This document shows, in pieces, positions 24,401-37,400 of a stretch of DNA of 64,000 bases (position 1 is the first letter of the stretch; every line of letters begins with the position of its first letter). This DNA comes from Gnetum montanum (lineage: Eukaryota; Plantae; Gnetophyta): positions 398,125-462,124 of the forward strand of contig MNCI01002485.1 of the NCBI GenBank assembly GCA_015680685.1, written 5' to 3'. Under the pieces are notes generated by a model. That model saw only the letters and a list, made by a program, of their open reading frames with translations, was not told the origin of the DNA and made no database searches. Both the position numbers and the translations under genes were made by a program.

Positions 24401-24891
24401 GCAAGAGGTGATGGCATGAGCAAATCCTCTATGTGTTGTGTGCTTATAGGAAAACGTGCAAGACTATGATAGGTACGACACCTTAGAGTCTTGTTTATGG
24501 ATCTGAAGCGGTGCTACCTCTTTAGTTGTAGGTACCCTCACTTAGAATGATCTTGTCAAACATCGTGAATGAAGACCAAAACAACAAGTCAAGGATCATT
24601 GACCTCAACTCCATAGAGGAGGAGCGTGCATAGACACTTGATCACATAGAGCAATATCAGAATAGGCAATGGCAGAAGCATTATGCAAACCCATAGCAAT
24701 GGCCAATACAGAAGGGAGACATCATTCTCAAGGCTATCTGTGAGCATGTGAACAAATTCTCAACAAACTGGAAAGGTCCGTTCATGGTCACAAAAGCCTT
24801 TGGGAATGAGGCCTTCAAGCTGGTAGACATGGATGGCAACAAGTTTGCAAATCCTATAAATCATTCATACCTCAAGCCATACTACATATGA
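21424..24891 (+). pseudogene. pol: Degenerate pol of E: RT, RNase H, additional archaeal-type RNase H (aRH), integrase; no protease upstream
   Basis: RT DLNKAMIKDDFPLPSIDQ...SFMDGFAGYNQI...YVDY; RH VYYLSHAL...WRHYL; aRH LRFDSTS...EYEGLL.GL...DSQLIMNQ...NTIADALA; INT EVHEGLCGRH...GYYWP...CDMCQ...WPFQ*WGLDIIGP; ends LKPYYI* at 24891. Confidence 0.93.
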
Positions 24892-24913
24892 TGCATGTGA
24901 AAGGTAAGAAAAT

Positions 24914-25310
24914 GTCTGCTACAATGTAAAATTGGCAAAGGTAAGTAATCATCCGCTACGATGTAAAACTGGCAAAGCTCATCCACTACGATATAAAACT
25001 AGCATAGATCATCTGCTACGATGTAAAACTGGCAAAGGCAGTCCACTATGACTATAAACTGGCATAGACTACCTGCCATGATGTAAAACTGGTAAAGCAC
25101 GTCCGCTACGATGTTAAACTAGCTAATCCACCATTCGCTACGATGTTAAACTATCACTGTAGTCTGCTAGGACGTTAAACTAGCATAGCCACCATTCACT
25201 ACGATGATAAACTAGCGCAAAAGTCTACTAGGACCTTAAAATAGTGCACCATGGTCTGATAAGAACTTAAACTAGCAGATCATATGGTCTACCAAGACCT
25301 TAAACTCGGT
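24914..25310 (+). repeat. Repeat array 2: ~13 copies of ~24-bp GTCCGCTACGATGTAAAACTGGCA, period ~30 bp
   Basis: Copies at about 24914, 24951, 24981, 25011, 25041, 25071, 25101, 25133, 25162, 25194, 25223, 25254 and 25287. The last copies drift to GACCTTAAACT, as in array 1. Confidence 0.9.
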
Positions 25311-26674
25311 TCGTAGCACATCCTCAGCATGCATCACAACTCTATAAAGAAGCAAGTGTGCACACCGCCAACATGGGGTGGGACATTGCAGTTCCCGAAT
25401 ATAGTTCATGATGCTAAGAGAACATCCTCAAGAATATGTGCAACACCATTACCTCTAGCATCTAGCTGATCCTTCAGAGATGTCGTATGACATCCTACTA
25501 ACCTTCTAGAGCTATCGCTACTATGGCTCATCACCTTGGCAGTAGCTTCCATGGTTAGCGCCTGCTACTGGAGTTCCAACAATATTGTGGCCTAACCACA
25601 ATGTTTCTATCCTCCAACCCCTACAATCAGTTGAGCCTAAAATACATTCAGCTATTGGTTAGTCTACCTCATAGCTGAATTTCATGAGGTTTGCCTTGGG
25701 CAGGGATTCCTAAGGACTCACATCACCACAATTCCTAGCTGCCTCGGTGCCGACCTCTCCACGCAAATGCTACCAAAACTATTGCTAGCCTTTCTAGTTT
25801 GGATGACAAATGGCTTAACAACAATGTCCATTGTTCTAGTAGTGTTCAAAGTAAGCAAGTCCTTTCCCTTCATTGTACATCATGGTTTCTTCTTCTGGTT
25901 TGCTTTCTATTGTGTTTGTAGGACGTGTGCTGAGAAATGTCGATCAAAGGTGTGTTTCTTCATAGGGATAGGACACTACATCGTTCCAAGGTGATCATCC
26001 TGACTAGCTTAGTCATTTTGAAGTGCATATCCATTCCTCCCCCTTAATTTCCTTTACCTCATTCCTTACACCCGCAACTCTTACTCTCACCTCTTTTACG
26101 AATTTTCCTAATGCCTGTAATGCCCTTCCATATACCTAATCGCAAATTCCATGACGTGTGTAATGCAACTCGCCACATGGGAAGCATCTGTAGGTAGGTT
26201 AAAGCCCCATGTGGATGTAACACAACTCATCCTGGGAAAGAAACACCTATCCTATGACAAGGTTTTTTGTAAATGTAAATGGTAGAACAGCAAAACAAAA
26301 AGTGTAAAAGAGAAAAAGCTCACATAAAAAAAAGCATGCCTAAAATAAATGGCACATCAACTATTTTGCAGTAACCTTCTCTAAGCATTCTGATGAGAGG
26401 TTAAAGATCAGCAAAAGCAAAGATGACCATGCAAACAATGCCCTCACAAGCATTTTGACAAGGGACCTTGCTAAGTCTCATCTTGACCATTTTTCTAAAC
26501 CTCCTTCTTCCCTTAGTTTAATCCTTCCTTTTTCCCCATATAACCAATCCAACACTCTTAAGCATAGCTAAGTGACCTCTTGGCAACTACTGAAGAGCAA
26601 TGTTAGCATCTTGTCTTTCACAGTGTTTCGTATTCTTTGTCACCGCCTCTCGGGTCTATCCTCCAAATGTCGAC

Positions 26675-26687
26675 AAAGAGGGGACAA
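26675..26687 (+). promoter_or_regulatory. PPT of E
   Basis: AAAGAGGGGACAA immediately before the 3' LTR TG. Confidence 0.85.
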
Positions 26688-28600
26688 TGAAACACCCCAA
26701 AATTTCAAGACCCTCTTGCTTCACTAGGTTCTTGGAATTCAAGCAAGGGATTTCCACAACTGCAGCTTCATGCTAGTTTGGTAGGAAATGAATGCACTAA
26801 GTCTAGAGTATTTAGTTTAGCAAGTTTTCTACCTCCAGTGTTGATAGGCCCAATGGACTCTCCAGCCTTCCCAACTAAGCAATTCACCCGGCTGATAGTC
26901 TATTCAGAAACCATGCTTGAGGTTGTCGACAGTGCTTAGGATGTGCAAAATAGTTTGGCAAGTTTTCTAGTGAGGAAGTTTGCTATGCTACGCTATGCTA
27001 TGTACGGTAGTAGGCCTTAGAAAATAGTTGTTTAGGTGATCAAACTATTGTAGGATAAAGTGCTATGCTATGCTACACTACACAGCGTAGTACAGTGTAG
27101 CAAAGGTAATACAGAAAGGCCCAGCTTACCTAGTGATTCCAATTGCACTCAGCAAGCACTCCGGCCTACAAAACTAGTTACCTTTTTCAACTTCAAGTCC
27201 TTGGAAAAGTTTCTCATTAGAAAGTTGTGGACTGAACAAAAAGTAGGATACGTTGGCTTCTATGCTATGCTACACTACATAGTGTATCATAGCATAGCAA
27301 TGATTCAAAAGTAGTAATGAGCTTCTCAAATGCAAGTTCAGCAAGTTCACATATCTCTCTTCATAGAAGGAAAAAGTTGCAACTGTTAGCATAAATCTGA
27401 GGTCCAAGTAAGCATTTGCAACTTCAACACGAATCATGAATGAAGCTAGCTACTACGCTATGCTATGCTATGTAGCGTAGCATAGCATAGCAAAAGATGC
27501 ATATCAAAACAAGTATTGCAAAAGTTGGCCTAACGTGCGGCGAAGCTTCCAGCACATGTAGTTGACTTCAATGCAAATTTTTTCTTCAAACTAGTGGCTA
27601 CGCTATGCTATGCTACATAGCATAGCATAGCATAGCAAGCTGCTATGCTATGCCAACATGCTACTCTACATTGCGTAGCACAACGTAGCAAGCTGCTACG
27701 CTACATTATGTAGCACAGTGTAGCAGGCAGTTACACTACTTCAGTGTGCCCCATTCCTCATCTGCATTCTTGGCATATTTGATTCCAGCATCTCCAATTT
27801 TGATAGCGTAATTACAGCGTGACTGGTTCGTCAATCAGCTTTCCATGTCCATGCAGCATGGACATGTTAGCACTCATAGGTCCAGGACATGTGGCATCCA
27901 AACTGCATTTCTTGTGTACTCCTAGCCTTATAAATACACCAATGAGAAATGGTCAAAGGGTTGGCAAAATTTGAGCAGAGTTGAAAAATTTGTTAGCAAA
28001 GTTGGCAAATTAGGTTGGCAAAAATTTGGCTTACAGTTGGCAATTTTGGGCAAGTTTGAGCATTGTTGGCATTAGTTGGCATTTTAGCAATTCACCACAG
28101 TTGGCATTTTTAGCATTGGCACTTGGCATTAGCTTTTTTCTTGTTTGCACTTTGTACTGTTGGCTCTTAAAGTTGTAATTGAAAACATAGTTGAGGCATT
28201 TTGAGCATTCTAGTCATTCCTAGAATCCCTGTACCCCTCCAGCACTGTACCACTTGTTATACATTTTCAAGCAGAGAAGAGAATTGAACCCATGACTTTG
28301 CGATGGTGCATTTTCTCATCCCAGCTACTCTATTATTTCTATATTGTCATTACTATGTGGCATTATTTTCTTCATTATCGCATTTATTAATCATCAATTA
28401 GATTTCACATGTTTTGCTTTTGAAACCACTTTTACGAAAGGCTAAGTGACACCAACTAAGTTCCTGTCTGATCAACCAGACCATTCAAGGTGCCCCATTT
28501 CTATTTTTATCCAGCACGGCCCTCACACAAATCCAGGGTTAAAACTGTTAGCCCAACAATCTCTTGGTGTTTCCAACCATCGATTTTTTCAATCACTACA
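26688..28600 (+). repeat. 3' LTR of E (1913 bp; longer mainly through more GCTAC/GTAGC pentamer tracts)
   Basis: Direct repeat of 16796-18573, followed by TSD CAAGT. Confidence 0.95.
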
Positions 28601-28923
28601 CAAGTGAAAAGAGCTTATTGAAGTGGGACAAGAAGGAACTAATCACCCCTTTGGCTAGATAGTCTAACCATGGTGGCAATGCCAGATTGCCTCTAAGGCC
28701 TAAGTGGCATTGGAAGATAACCCAGAGGGCATTATAGTGAACTATTCTTATTAATAAAGATTTTATTTTTTTTTCTTTCCTATTTCATGTACCAATTATT
28801 AACTTACTAGTTATTTATTTATTAAATTAATTTATAATATTTCTATTATATTACTTACGAATGGAATGAATTAAGTAATAAATAATCATGTTTTTACGAC
28901 ATTCGGGAATGGAATGTCACATC

Positions 28924-28935
28924 TGGTATCGAAGT
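28924..28935 (+). promoter_or_regulatory. PBS (tRNA-iMet) of F
   Basis: TGGTATCGAAGT, 2 nt after ...ATGTCACA. Confidence 0.75.
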
Positions 28936-30131
28936 AAACCACAATTAACAAACTAAAGTCAAAGAAATTATTGTTATTATTATTATTATTATGATAAAAA
29001 ATAGAAGTACATCCAAGAAAGAATACATATAAATGAAGAAGTGAACCATAGAGATTAGGAAGATGAAGAATAAAGAAAACAAGAAGCACAATAGTGCTCA
29101 ATCATTTTGTTGAAACTCATCAAGGAGATCTAAAACTATCTTCAATTGTGCTTCCCCTTATTCATTAGTGGAATCCTTTTTGCTGAGCATCCTTTTGTAT
29201 CCTACCAAGCTACCATACAATTGCTTCATGTACTTACTAGCACTCTTTGTTGTAGTCGCTGCCTCCTCCTTCTTTTTCAGCTAGGTCTCCAACACATTCA
29301 TTTTAGAAGATTGATCATCCATGTCTTTTTTTCAATTTTTTATTTCCTCTACACATACAAAAACAAGATTCAAAATTATGAATTATGAATAATAAGATCA
29401 AATGAAAAGAAAAAAAATGAATAGAAGAAATACTCACTTGCAACGGATCAATCTCCAATTGAAGGTATCACTCACAAGTCAACAGATGATAAGCAAGACA
29501 TGTCACACTCTCCAACTCTCCTAGAAGTTGCTCTAGATTTTGGACAACCTCTAGAGCATCTTCAAGAATTGGATGGAAGGATGATGAAACACCAATATAT
29601 ACTTATTCATAATCCTTCTTAAATTTGCATGATCGGGAGTCCTATATGTCGAAGATCTCTTCATGAATGATGTAAGAAATATTCCTTGCGATCTATTGAT
29701 CCAAATGCTGAAAAAAAATGAGTTCCTCCTTGGAAATTATCACCATCTATCTGAGTGAGTAGGAGGAACCTAAGAAAGAGATTGAAGGGGTTATTAGAAT
29801 GAACCTAGAAACTAATGTTGGCACCACTTGTAGTAAGGAACCCCTTACTAGGATTGCATGAATGGATGGGATTGCATATGTAGATGCCACATGTAGTGAT
29901 CTAGATGAAGGAGTGGAAATTGGAGTGAAGGTCTATTTAGCTCTAAAGCTTATGGCATCATCTCTTCTCATTTATTGGATAAAGTAGTTCTAACTAAAAG
30001 ACATCTGCAACACAAAAAGATCAACATCATACAAAAAGAATAAAAAGGAAAGTATTTAAAACCTTAAAATAACTAAAAAATTACCTCTAGTTCCTTTCCC
30101 TTATTCCATCATGTATCTTGTTGTTGGGCTC

Positions 30132-31029
30132 TAATGAAGTGTTCAGTTGATACATTGACTAGGCCATGTTAACGGAGCCTCATTGATGCAGCCACAGTGA
30201 AATGACCCCATTAACGTATCCATCCATGTATTAATGTGACCCCGTTAATGTAGAGTCTGTCTCTCGCTATAAATATGTGCACACCCGTAGCATTTATAGC
30301 ATCTTTTTGAGTTAATTGTAGTGAAGTTCTTGAAATTTATTTCCATACAAGTTAGAATATTTTCCAAGTGCTTGCAGCAGGAGTGAGAAGCATGTATGGC
30401 TCTTTATTCAATCACTAATGTACCTGAGCCCATTGGCATGAGCGACAATAAAGATGAGAATTTTGAACATTCCTTGTATCATTTGCATTTAATTAATTAA
30501 GCATTAAAACACTTTAATATTTTAATGTTTTAAGCATTCCAAAGTCCTTTATTATTATCACTTTATGGTTACAGTCCTTTTCATAGTTTATAAGAACCAT
30601 AGGCTTGACCATCTCGAACATATACCTGACACTTGTCAACCCAGTGACGCTTAACATCTGGTAACCCAACAATGGTTAGGGTATGCTTAGGGTGTGCACA
30701 GAAGATGGGATTAGTTGCTTATGCTAGGGAGAGTTAAGAAATAGAGTAGAATAGTCACAAAATTATACAACTTTCCATTTCCTACACTAGAAGAATCAGA
30801 TGTTAAAAGATAAAAAGAAAACTAATAAAAATCATTTTCCTCAATCTCACTCAACCATCTCTTTAGAATATCACAAGTAAGGTTGGGAAGACAACGACCA
30901 TTCTAACTAGGGTTTTGCTAGCCAAAAATTTGTGTACGTAAGTGCTTGCAATCTATGGAATTCAACCAACTCATGCATGCATGCTCATGATTTATATGGT
31001 TGGGCATAGGGGTACCTCACCTCTCATCA
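30132..31029 (+). repeat. 5' LTR of B (898 bp)
   Basis: Direct repeat of 42538-43434; TATA CTATAAATA at ~30267. Confidence 0.93.
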
Positions 31030-31209
31030 TTGATGCCATTATCTGGGACTATTAGTTTTACATGCGCTATCTAGTCTTGGCAAGATCATCATTCACTTCA
31101 TTGGAACGGACCCAATATATTGAAATCTACACATGCTAGGTAGTTTAAGTAAGAGTAAGACACACTAATCTATTTGTTATCTAACATCAAGATTTTTTTC
31201 TTCTCACAG

Positions 31210-34200
31210 GCAAGACGAATCCTACCCACCAATGCCATAGGAATGTCGGGTGGTATATGCACATCCAAAGGAGTATATACCCAAATTCATCTTTATCCTA
31301 CATCAAGATGAGCACATGCAATGGCAAGACATGGAGGGCAATATCATATTGCCCCCTAATCGATTAATTCCTGGAATGTTGCTCCAAAATCTTGCCAAAC
31401 TGGGCATTCAAGACCACAGTTGGAGTACGTAATGGAGGATCATGATTATTGATACTATTACCCAACTGAAGCAAAATGTGCATGGGACTAGCACTAGGTG
31501 AAACACCATGAGTACATAAATGGAAAATAGTTTAGTAACCCTTTGTTCCTGCAGCCCACATGACGATGAGGAACCTATTTCTCATGGTTCCCATTCATCC
31601 AAACCTCCTCCACTACATTAAATCATCCAATCCATCATATAAAGTAAACAATCAGGTGACCAGGAGTCCCTGGGTGGTGGAGGATCTCACAAAAAAGATC
31701 ATGGCAAAGGGAAGGAGGAACATGAAAATAGAGGCCGTCATTAGAGTAGAGAAGGGGACTGAGACCGTGACAGTGGTAGTTCTCCTCCCTCTTCTCCCTC
31801 TTCTCCATCTTCTTGTTCCACTTTGGCTTCACTAGGTTCTAACTCTGATCACCACCATCACAACAAGGATCAAGGTGATGGTGATCAAAAAGATCGATAG
31901 GACCGCAAGGATAGACGGGGACGATGTAAGGAAAAGCATGACCAATCACGCGAGTCTCACCATCAAGAAAGGAGAGGCAGTAGAAACCATCAAGGAAATC
32001 ATGGCTATCAGTAGGACTATGACTCATATGAACCATTGCTTGCTACTCGAAGCATGCTTAATATAGCCAAGGTAGTTCAAATACCCACTAGGCACTTAAA
32101 ATACAACCAAATCAAGTGCCTTGACATGAACAACATCCCCAAATTTAAAGGGGGATATAACTATGATCCACAAACTCACTTGCAAGCATTTTAGGATGTC
32201 TACATCCTCCAAAATATAGACAATGATTGGTAGAAACTCAAGTTGTTCCCCCAAGCACTCATCAAGGAAGTGGAAAGTTGGTATCAGTCTTTGGAACTAG
32301 AATCAATCAAACAATGGAGTATGATGCTGGAAATTTTTGATGATAAATACCAAACCTACTCCAAAGTGTCTAATTTGAGACGATAAATCCAAGGATGGAA
32401 GCAAGGTTGCCATGAACCCTTGGATGCAGCCATGGGTAGATATTACTCATTGTTACACCGATGCCCTGGTCATGGCTACTCTCAATGGGAATAGCTTTGT
32501 CATATCATAGATGGGCTCCACTTTGAAATAAGAAAGACCCTTGGCATTTATGCTTAAGGATGACTATCTAAGTTAAGCATCTATCAACTATAGTGCCTCA
32601 TTAAGTAGGTGACCAAAGAGGAAGGGGAACTAAGGAAAAATGAAAGTGCAGAAGAATATAATCGAGACCCTTCCATCTGAAAGAAGGAAGTCCAATTTTG
32701 TTAAGATGAGGAAGAATCACCACTAGATGCAATAGTGAACTAAAAAACCTTACCCATACAAAAATTTTGCTCTAAAATTTTGGCCATGGTTGAAAATATG
32801 TGGGATTCTTTGGTTGAAAAATTCCAAAGTGTTCTAAAAATCACAGTGGAATCCAAAGAACAAAGTAATGATCAAGATTGCCATAGTAGAAGAGAAGCTA
32901 AACATGCCTACCATAAAGGTAAGGGCAAAGTTGCTCTAGCAGAATAGGTTACAGACTCTAACATGGAGGAAGATGATGGATGTGACATATGTTAGTATGA
33001 ACATACTAAGGAGTGTTGTCCTATGGTGTCACATTTACAAGAGTCTGGGATGTATGCATTGAATCCTTGCTTGGAAAAAAGGAAAACACCCTGAAGATTG
33101 CCTTATCCACAAGGCAATCCCAAGCAATTCCACTAGTAATAGGGATATTATCCAAGTGGAGCACCACTACAACCTTATGATTATTACCAGCAATGGACAC
33201 ATCCACAATTGTGGGGGATGCCACCTCCAAGGTAGCAATACCCTTACTGGTAGCTGGATCCTTATGGATACTACATTCAGCAACTAGTCTCCCCATAGGA
33301 CTCTTCTAGTCATGTGTCATTTCAAAATCATTACTAACCCTCAAAATACTTCTGAACAAAGTATCCATCACCTAGGGGGAGAACCCACATCTATACAATC
33401 CTCCATCACCCTCTCCTGCCATACCTATTCATCAGCCCTCCACTCAGCTACCTCTTGCTCCACCTATGCAGGGAGAAATACCACCACAACCATAGCAACA
33501 TAATGCCACGAGGGCTATCAACTTACAACCAGCTTCTTAGTCAAGTGGATTGGAATTAAAACCATGGAAATGCCCTTTTTTGACCCAATATTCCAAACAT
33601 GCCTTCACATTCACCTGTGGCCAGTGCCTCTAAACCTCCAATCACCTTCACCATTCAACCCTTTGAGAAACCTTCAAGCCAAACATCTTCCAAAGTACAA
33701 ACCATCATGCTAACACATGTTGTGATGGATTAGATAAAGGTAGGCCATATTCCTCAAAAATTGACTAATCCTAAGAGTCCCTCATATACCTCCAAGTGGT
33801 GGGAAATGAGCCATGCAAATCTCTTTTGGATTCAGGGTCAGGCATCAACTTGATTTCAGATGATATGTACAAGAATTGAAACCTACCCCCATTTAAGAAA
33901 AGCAACATTTGGCTCAAGCTAGTAGACCAATCCATTACTATTCCCTTAGGATTGGTAGAAGATATTGGGACCACCATTTGTGAGTGGTCCTATCCTGTTG
34001 AATTCTTGGTCATTTGTGTTAATAATTGCAAGGGGAATTTTTGGATCATAATGGAAAGAGCTTGGCTTAGCATGATGGATGCACAACTGGGGCTCCAAGA
34101 TCTTTCCCTTAAAATTTCAAAAGAAAATCCTTTCAAGAAGATTGAGAAGAAGCATGTTCCATGCATTTCATACAGTGACTTTGGGTGCAACTATGTGTAC

Positions 34201-37200
34201 CAACTTTGGTCTGCTAAGTGGACATCTATTCAAGCATGTAGTTGGTGTGCTGAAGAATCACAAATTCAACAATGTCTGTACGCAATAGCCATGAATCAGG
34301 AAGGCACCCAATGGTTGACTACTGACTCTAATAGTAGCACTCTATGCATGGAACCATCTAAAAGCCTTGTATGTGCCTATATGGAAGCATGGATGAATTG
34401 CAAAATGTCCATCAACAAGTCTCCACTATTGATGATAGTGATGATTGGAGAAAGCTATAGATCCCTAAAAGCTTTAGATAGGAACCCTTGGAACTAAAAA
34501 CCTTACCGACCAATTTGGAATACGCATTCTTGCAGAATGGCAAGTCAGTAATCATCAATGCCACTCTTGCTCCTGAACTAAAGAAGAGATTGCTATAGAT
34601 GATGAACAAATGGGTGGCTACTTTTACATGGTCATATCTTGAACTAATAGGAGTTGACCCTAGGGTATACCAACATCAAATTCATATCGACCCTTCTATA
34701 AATCCACAACAATAGCCATAAAGATGATTGAACCCCAAACTGAAGCAAATCATTAAAGATGAAATTCAATAATTGTTCAAAGTAGGGTTCATCTATTCCA
34801 TTGTGGATAGCGATTATTGTGCAAAAGAAGGATGGAAAATGGAGATTCTATATAGATTTTTGATTATGAAATATGGAAACCTTCAATGATCATTTCCCAC
34901 TTCTATTTGTGGATCAAGTGTTGGATACTATTTTGGGGCATTGTTACTATAGCTTTTTGGAGGTTATAGTGGCTATAACTAAATCCAAATCGTTCCAAAA
35001 GACTAGGCCAAGACAACATTTGCAAGTCCTTGGGGGACTTTTTCATATAAGAAGATGCCCTTTAGCCTATGCAATGTGCCTGCAACCTTCCNNNNNNNNN
35101 NNNNNNNNNNNNNNNNNNNNNNNNNNNNNNNNNNNNNNNNNNNNNNNNNNNNNNNNNNNNNNNNNNNNNNNNNNNNNNNNNNNNNNNNNNNNNNNNNNNN
35201 NNNNNNNNNNNNNNNNNNNNNNNNNNNNNNNNNNNNNNNNNNNNNNNNNNNNNNNNNNNNNNNNNNNNNNNNNNNNNNNNNNNNNNNNNNNNNNNNNNNN
35301 NNNNNNNNNNNNNNNNNNNNNNNNNNNNNNNNNNNNNNNNNNNNNNNNNNNNNNNNNNNNNNNNNNNNNNNNNNNNNNNNNNNNNNNNNNNNNNNNNNNN
35401 NNNNNNNNNNATTGGTGTAGATCCTAAAAAAATTAGAGTTATCTAAGGAATCACCAGTTAACCAGGCACTGTAAAAGGTGTTTGGTCATTCCTTGGACAC
35501 ACTATTTATTACTGATACTTCATCAAGAATTTCTCAAAGATCACTAAGCTATTGGTGAAACTAATAAAGAAGGACACTCCATTTGTCTGGGCTAGGGAAT
35601 GTGAGTCTGCATTCCACACACTAAAATGGAAACTCATAGAGACTCCAATTCTATGGGCACTATACTGGTCTAAACCATTTAACATCATGATGGATGCATC
35701 TAATTATGCATTAGGAGTCATGCTCACATAGTTGGATAACCAAAGACATCCATATTACATCCACTATATAAGTTGAAGCATTATGGGTGCTCAACTCAAT
35801 TACACAACCACCAAAAAGGAATTAATGGTGGTGGTGTTCACCTTGGAAAATTTCTGATACTATGTGCTTGGATACAAGGTGTTTGTACATACTGACTACA
35901 ATGTCATCTGATTCCTTATGAACAAAACAATGGTGAGTCCTTGCATTATACGGTGGCTCATGATCCTTTAATAATTTGATCTTACTATGGCAGACAAAAA
36001 GGGAACTAAAAATGTGGCTACTAACCACTTATCTCAATTACGATGGAACAACATAGAGGAAGAGGAGCCACTCTCTAACCAATTCCTAAATGAACTACTC
36101 TTCACTGGAGCAATCACCAAGGAAATGCCCATAGGATCAACTTGGTTTAGTAACATCCTTACCTATCTTCAAACACAATAGTTATCAAAGGAGTGGGATC
36201 ATCAGAAGAAGCAATAGTTTCTTCACAAGGCCAAGCACTTCATGGAAATCAATTGAGACCTTTACAAGGTGTGTGTAGATGGCTTGGTTTGATGGTGCTC
36301 ATGAAGGCCTTTGGGGGGGTCACTGTACTGGATGACGCACGGCCATTAAGATCCTACTTGTAGGGTATTACTGGCCTACACTCTTGAGAGATTCTTAATG
36401 GTTCATCTACTCCTATGAACAATGTCAACGAGATGGTGGGATCATAGCATGAATGGAGGGACCTTAATAGTGGATCCAGCCACTAGAACCCTTTAATATT
36501 TGGGGCATCAACTTCATGGGTCCCATTGCACCCATGTCCAATGGAAAGATGTATATCATCATCATAGTAGACTACTGTACTAAGTGGGTAGAGGCGGTAG
36601 CTATCACCAACTGTTCCTCAACTACCACAACATGGTTTTTCCAATAGCAAATCATGAATAGGTTTGGGGTGCCACATGCACTCATTTCAGATAATGGAAC
36701 TCACTTTATGAGAAATACTTTTTGTAAACTCATGTAGCACTTGGGGGTCAAATGTAAATTTACAACACCCTATCACCCCCAAGCCAACGAGCAAGCCGAA
36801 GTCATAAATAGGGAGATTATAAAGATCCTAACTAGGACCATTAGCAAATATAGGAGGGATTGGAGCATGAAACTTAATGATGCCCTCTAGGCCTATTGCT
36901 CAACGTGGAAACTTCCTATCGACTACTCTCCTTACAAGTTAGTGTACAGAAAACTACCAAAACTTCCAATTTAGGTAGAACTCTGAATACTATCTACTAC
37001 CAGTGACTTGGATCTTGACTTATCACTAGCATAATGAGAACAATTCATCAACTTGAATGTGCTAGATGAGAATCGACTACTAGCCCTATCATCAAATGAA
37101 ATACACAAGGCCTATAATAAAAAACATCATGATCTTAGAATTCAAAAGGTAACATTTCAACGTGGAGATAAGGTACTCTACTGGAACCCCACACATGTAC

Positions 37201-37400
37201 CGCAATGTACTAAGTTTCAAACACTCTGGGAGGGACTTTATATTATTTCTAAAACCTTTCTATCCAAGGCCCTACTTATACACAAACCTTAGGATCCCAC
37301 AAAAACATAGTTAGTAAATATGCAATAATTAAAACCCTTCCATAAACTCCACCAAACTAGTATCATTGCCCTCTCATCGCATAGTCAACCTCATTCCATT
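31210..37400 (+). pseudogene. gag-pol: Degenerate gag-PR-RT-RH-INT of B (N gap 35092-35410 in RT)
   Basis: Protease KSLLDSGSGINLI; RT NDHFPLLFVDQVLD...GYNQI...MPFSLCNVPATF; RH MDASNYALG...YTTTKKEL...KKGTKNVATNHLSQL; INT EPFNIWGINFMGP...VDYCTKWVEA...TPYHPQAN. Confidence 0.92.

Larger units (their letters stand above)
16796..28600 (+). mobile_element. Tat-clade (Ogre/Retand-type domain order) Ty3/Gypsy element E, complete ends, gag/protease-less
   Basis: LTRs 16796-18573 and 26688-28600 (TGAAACACCCC...CTACA); perfect TSD CAAGT (16791-16795 and 28601-28605); tRNA-Asn PBS; PPT; RT-RH-aRH-INT. Confidence 0.95.

Noticed and set aside
29097-30131. CACTA/Mutator transposase or host gene fragment
   Set aside because: No terminal inverted repeats or DDE motifs seen. 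The exons continue across element B and lie wholly between F's PBS and gag.
34873-35446. ORFs spanning the N run (also 55903-56527)
   Set aside because: Their length comes from assembly gaps. The flanks are ordinary RT/RH fragments.
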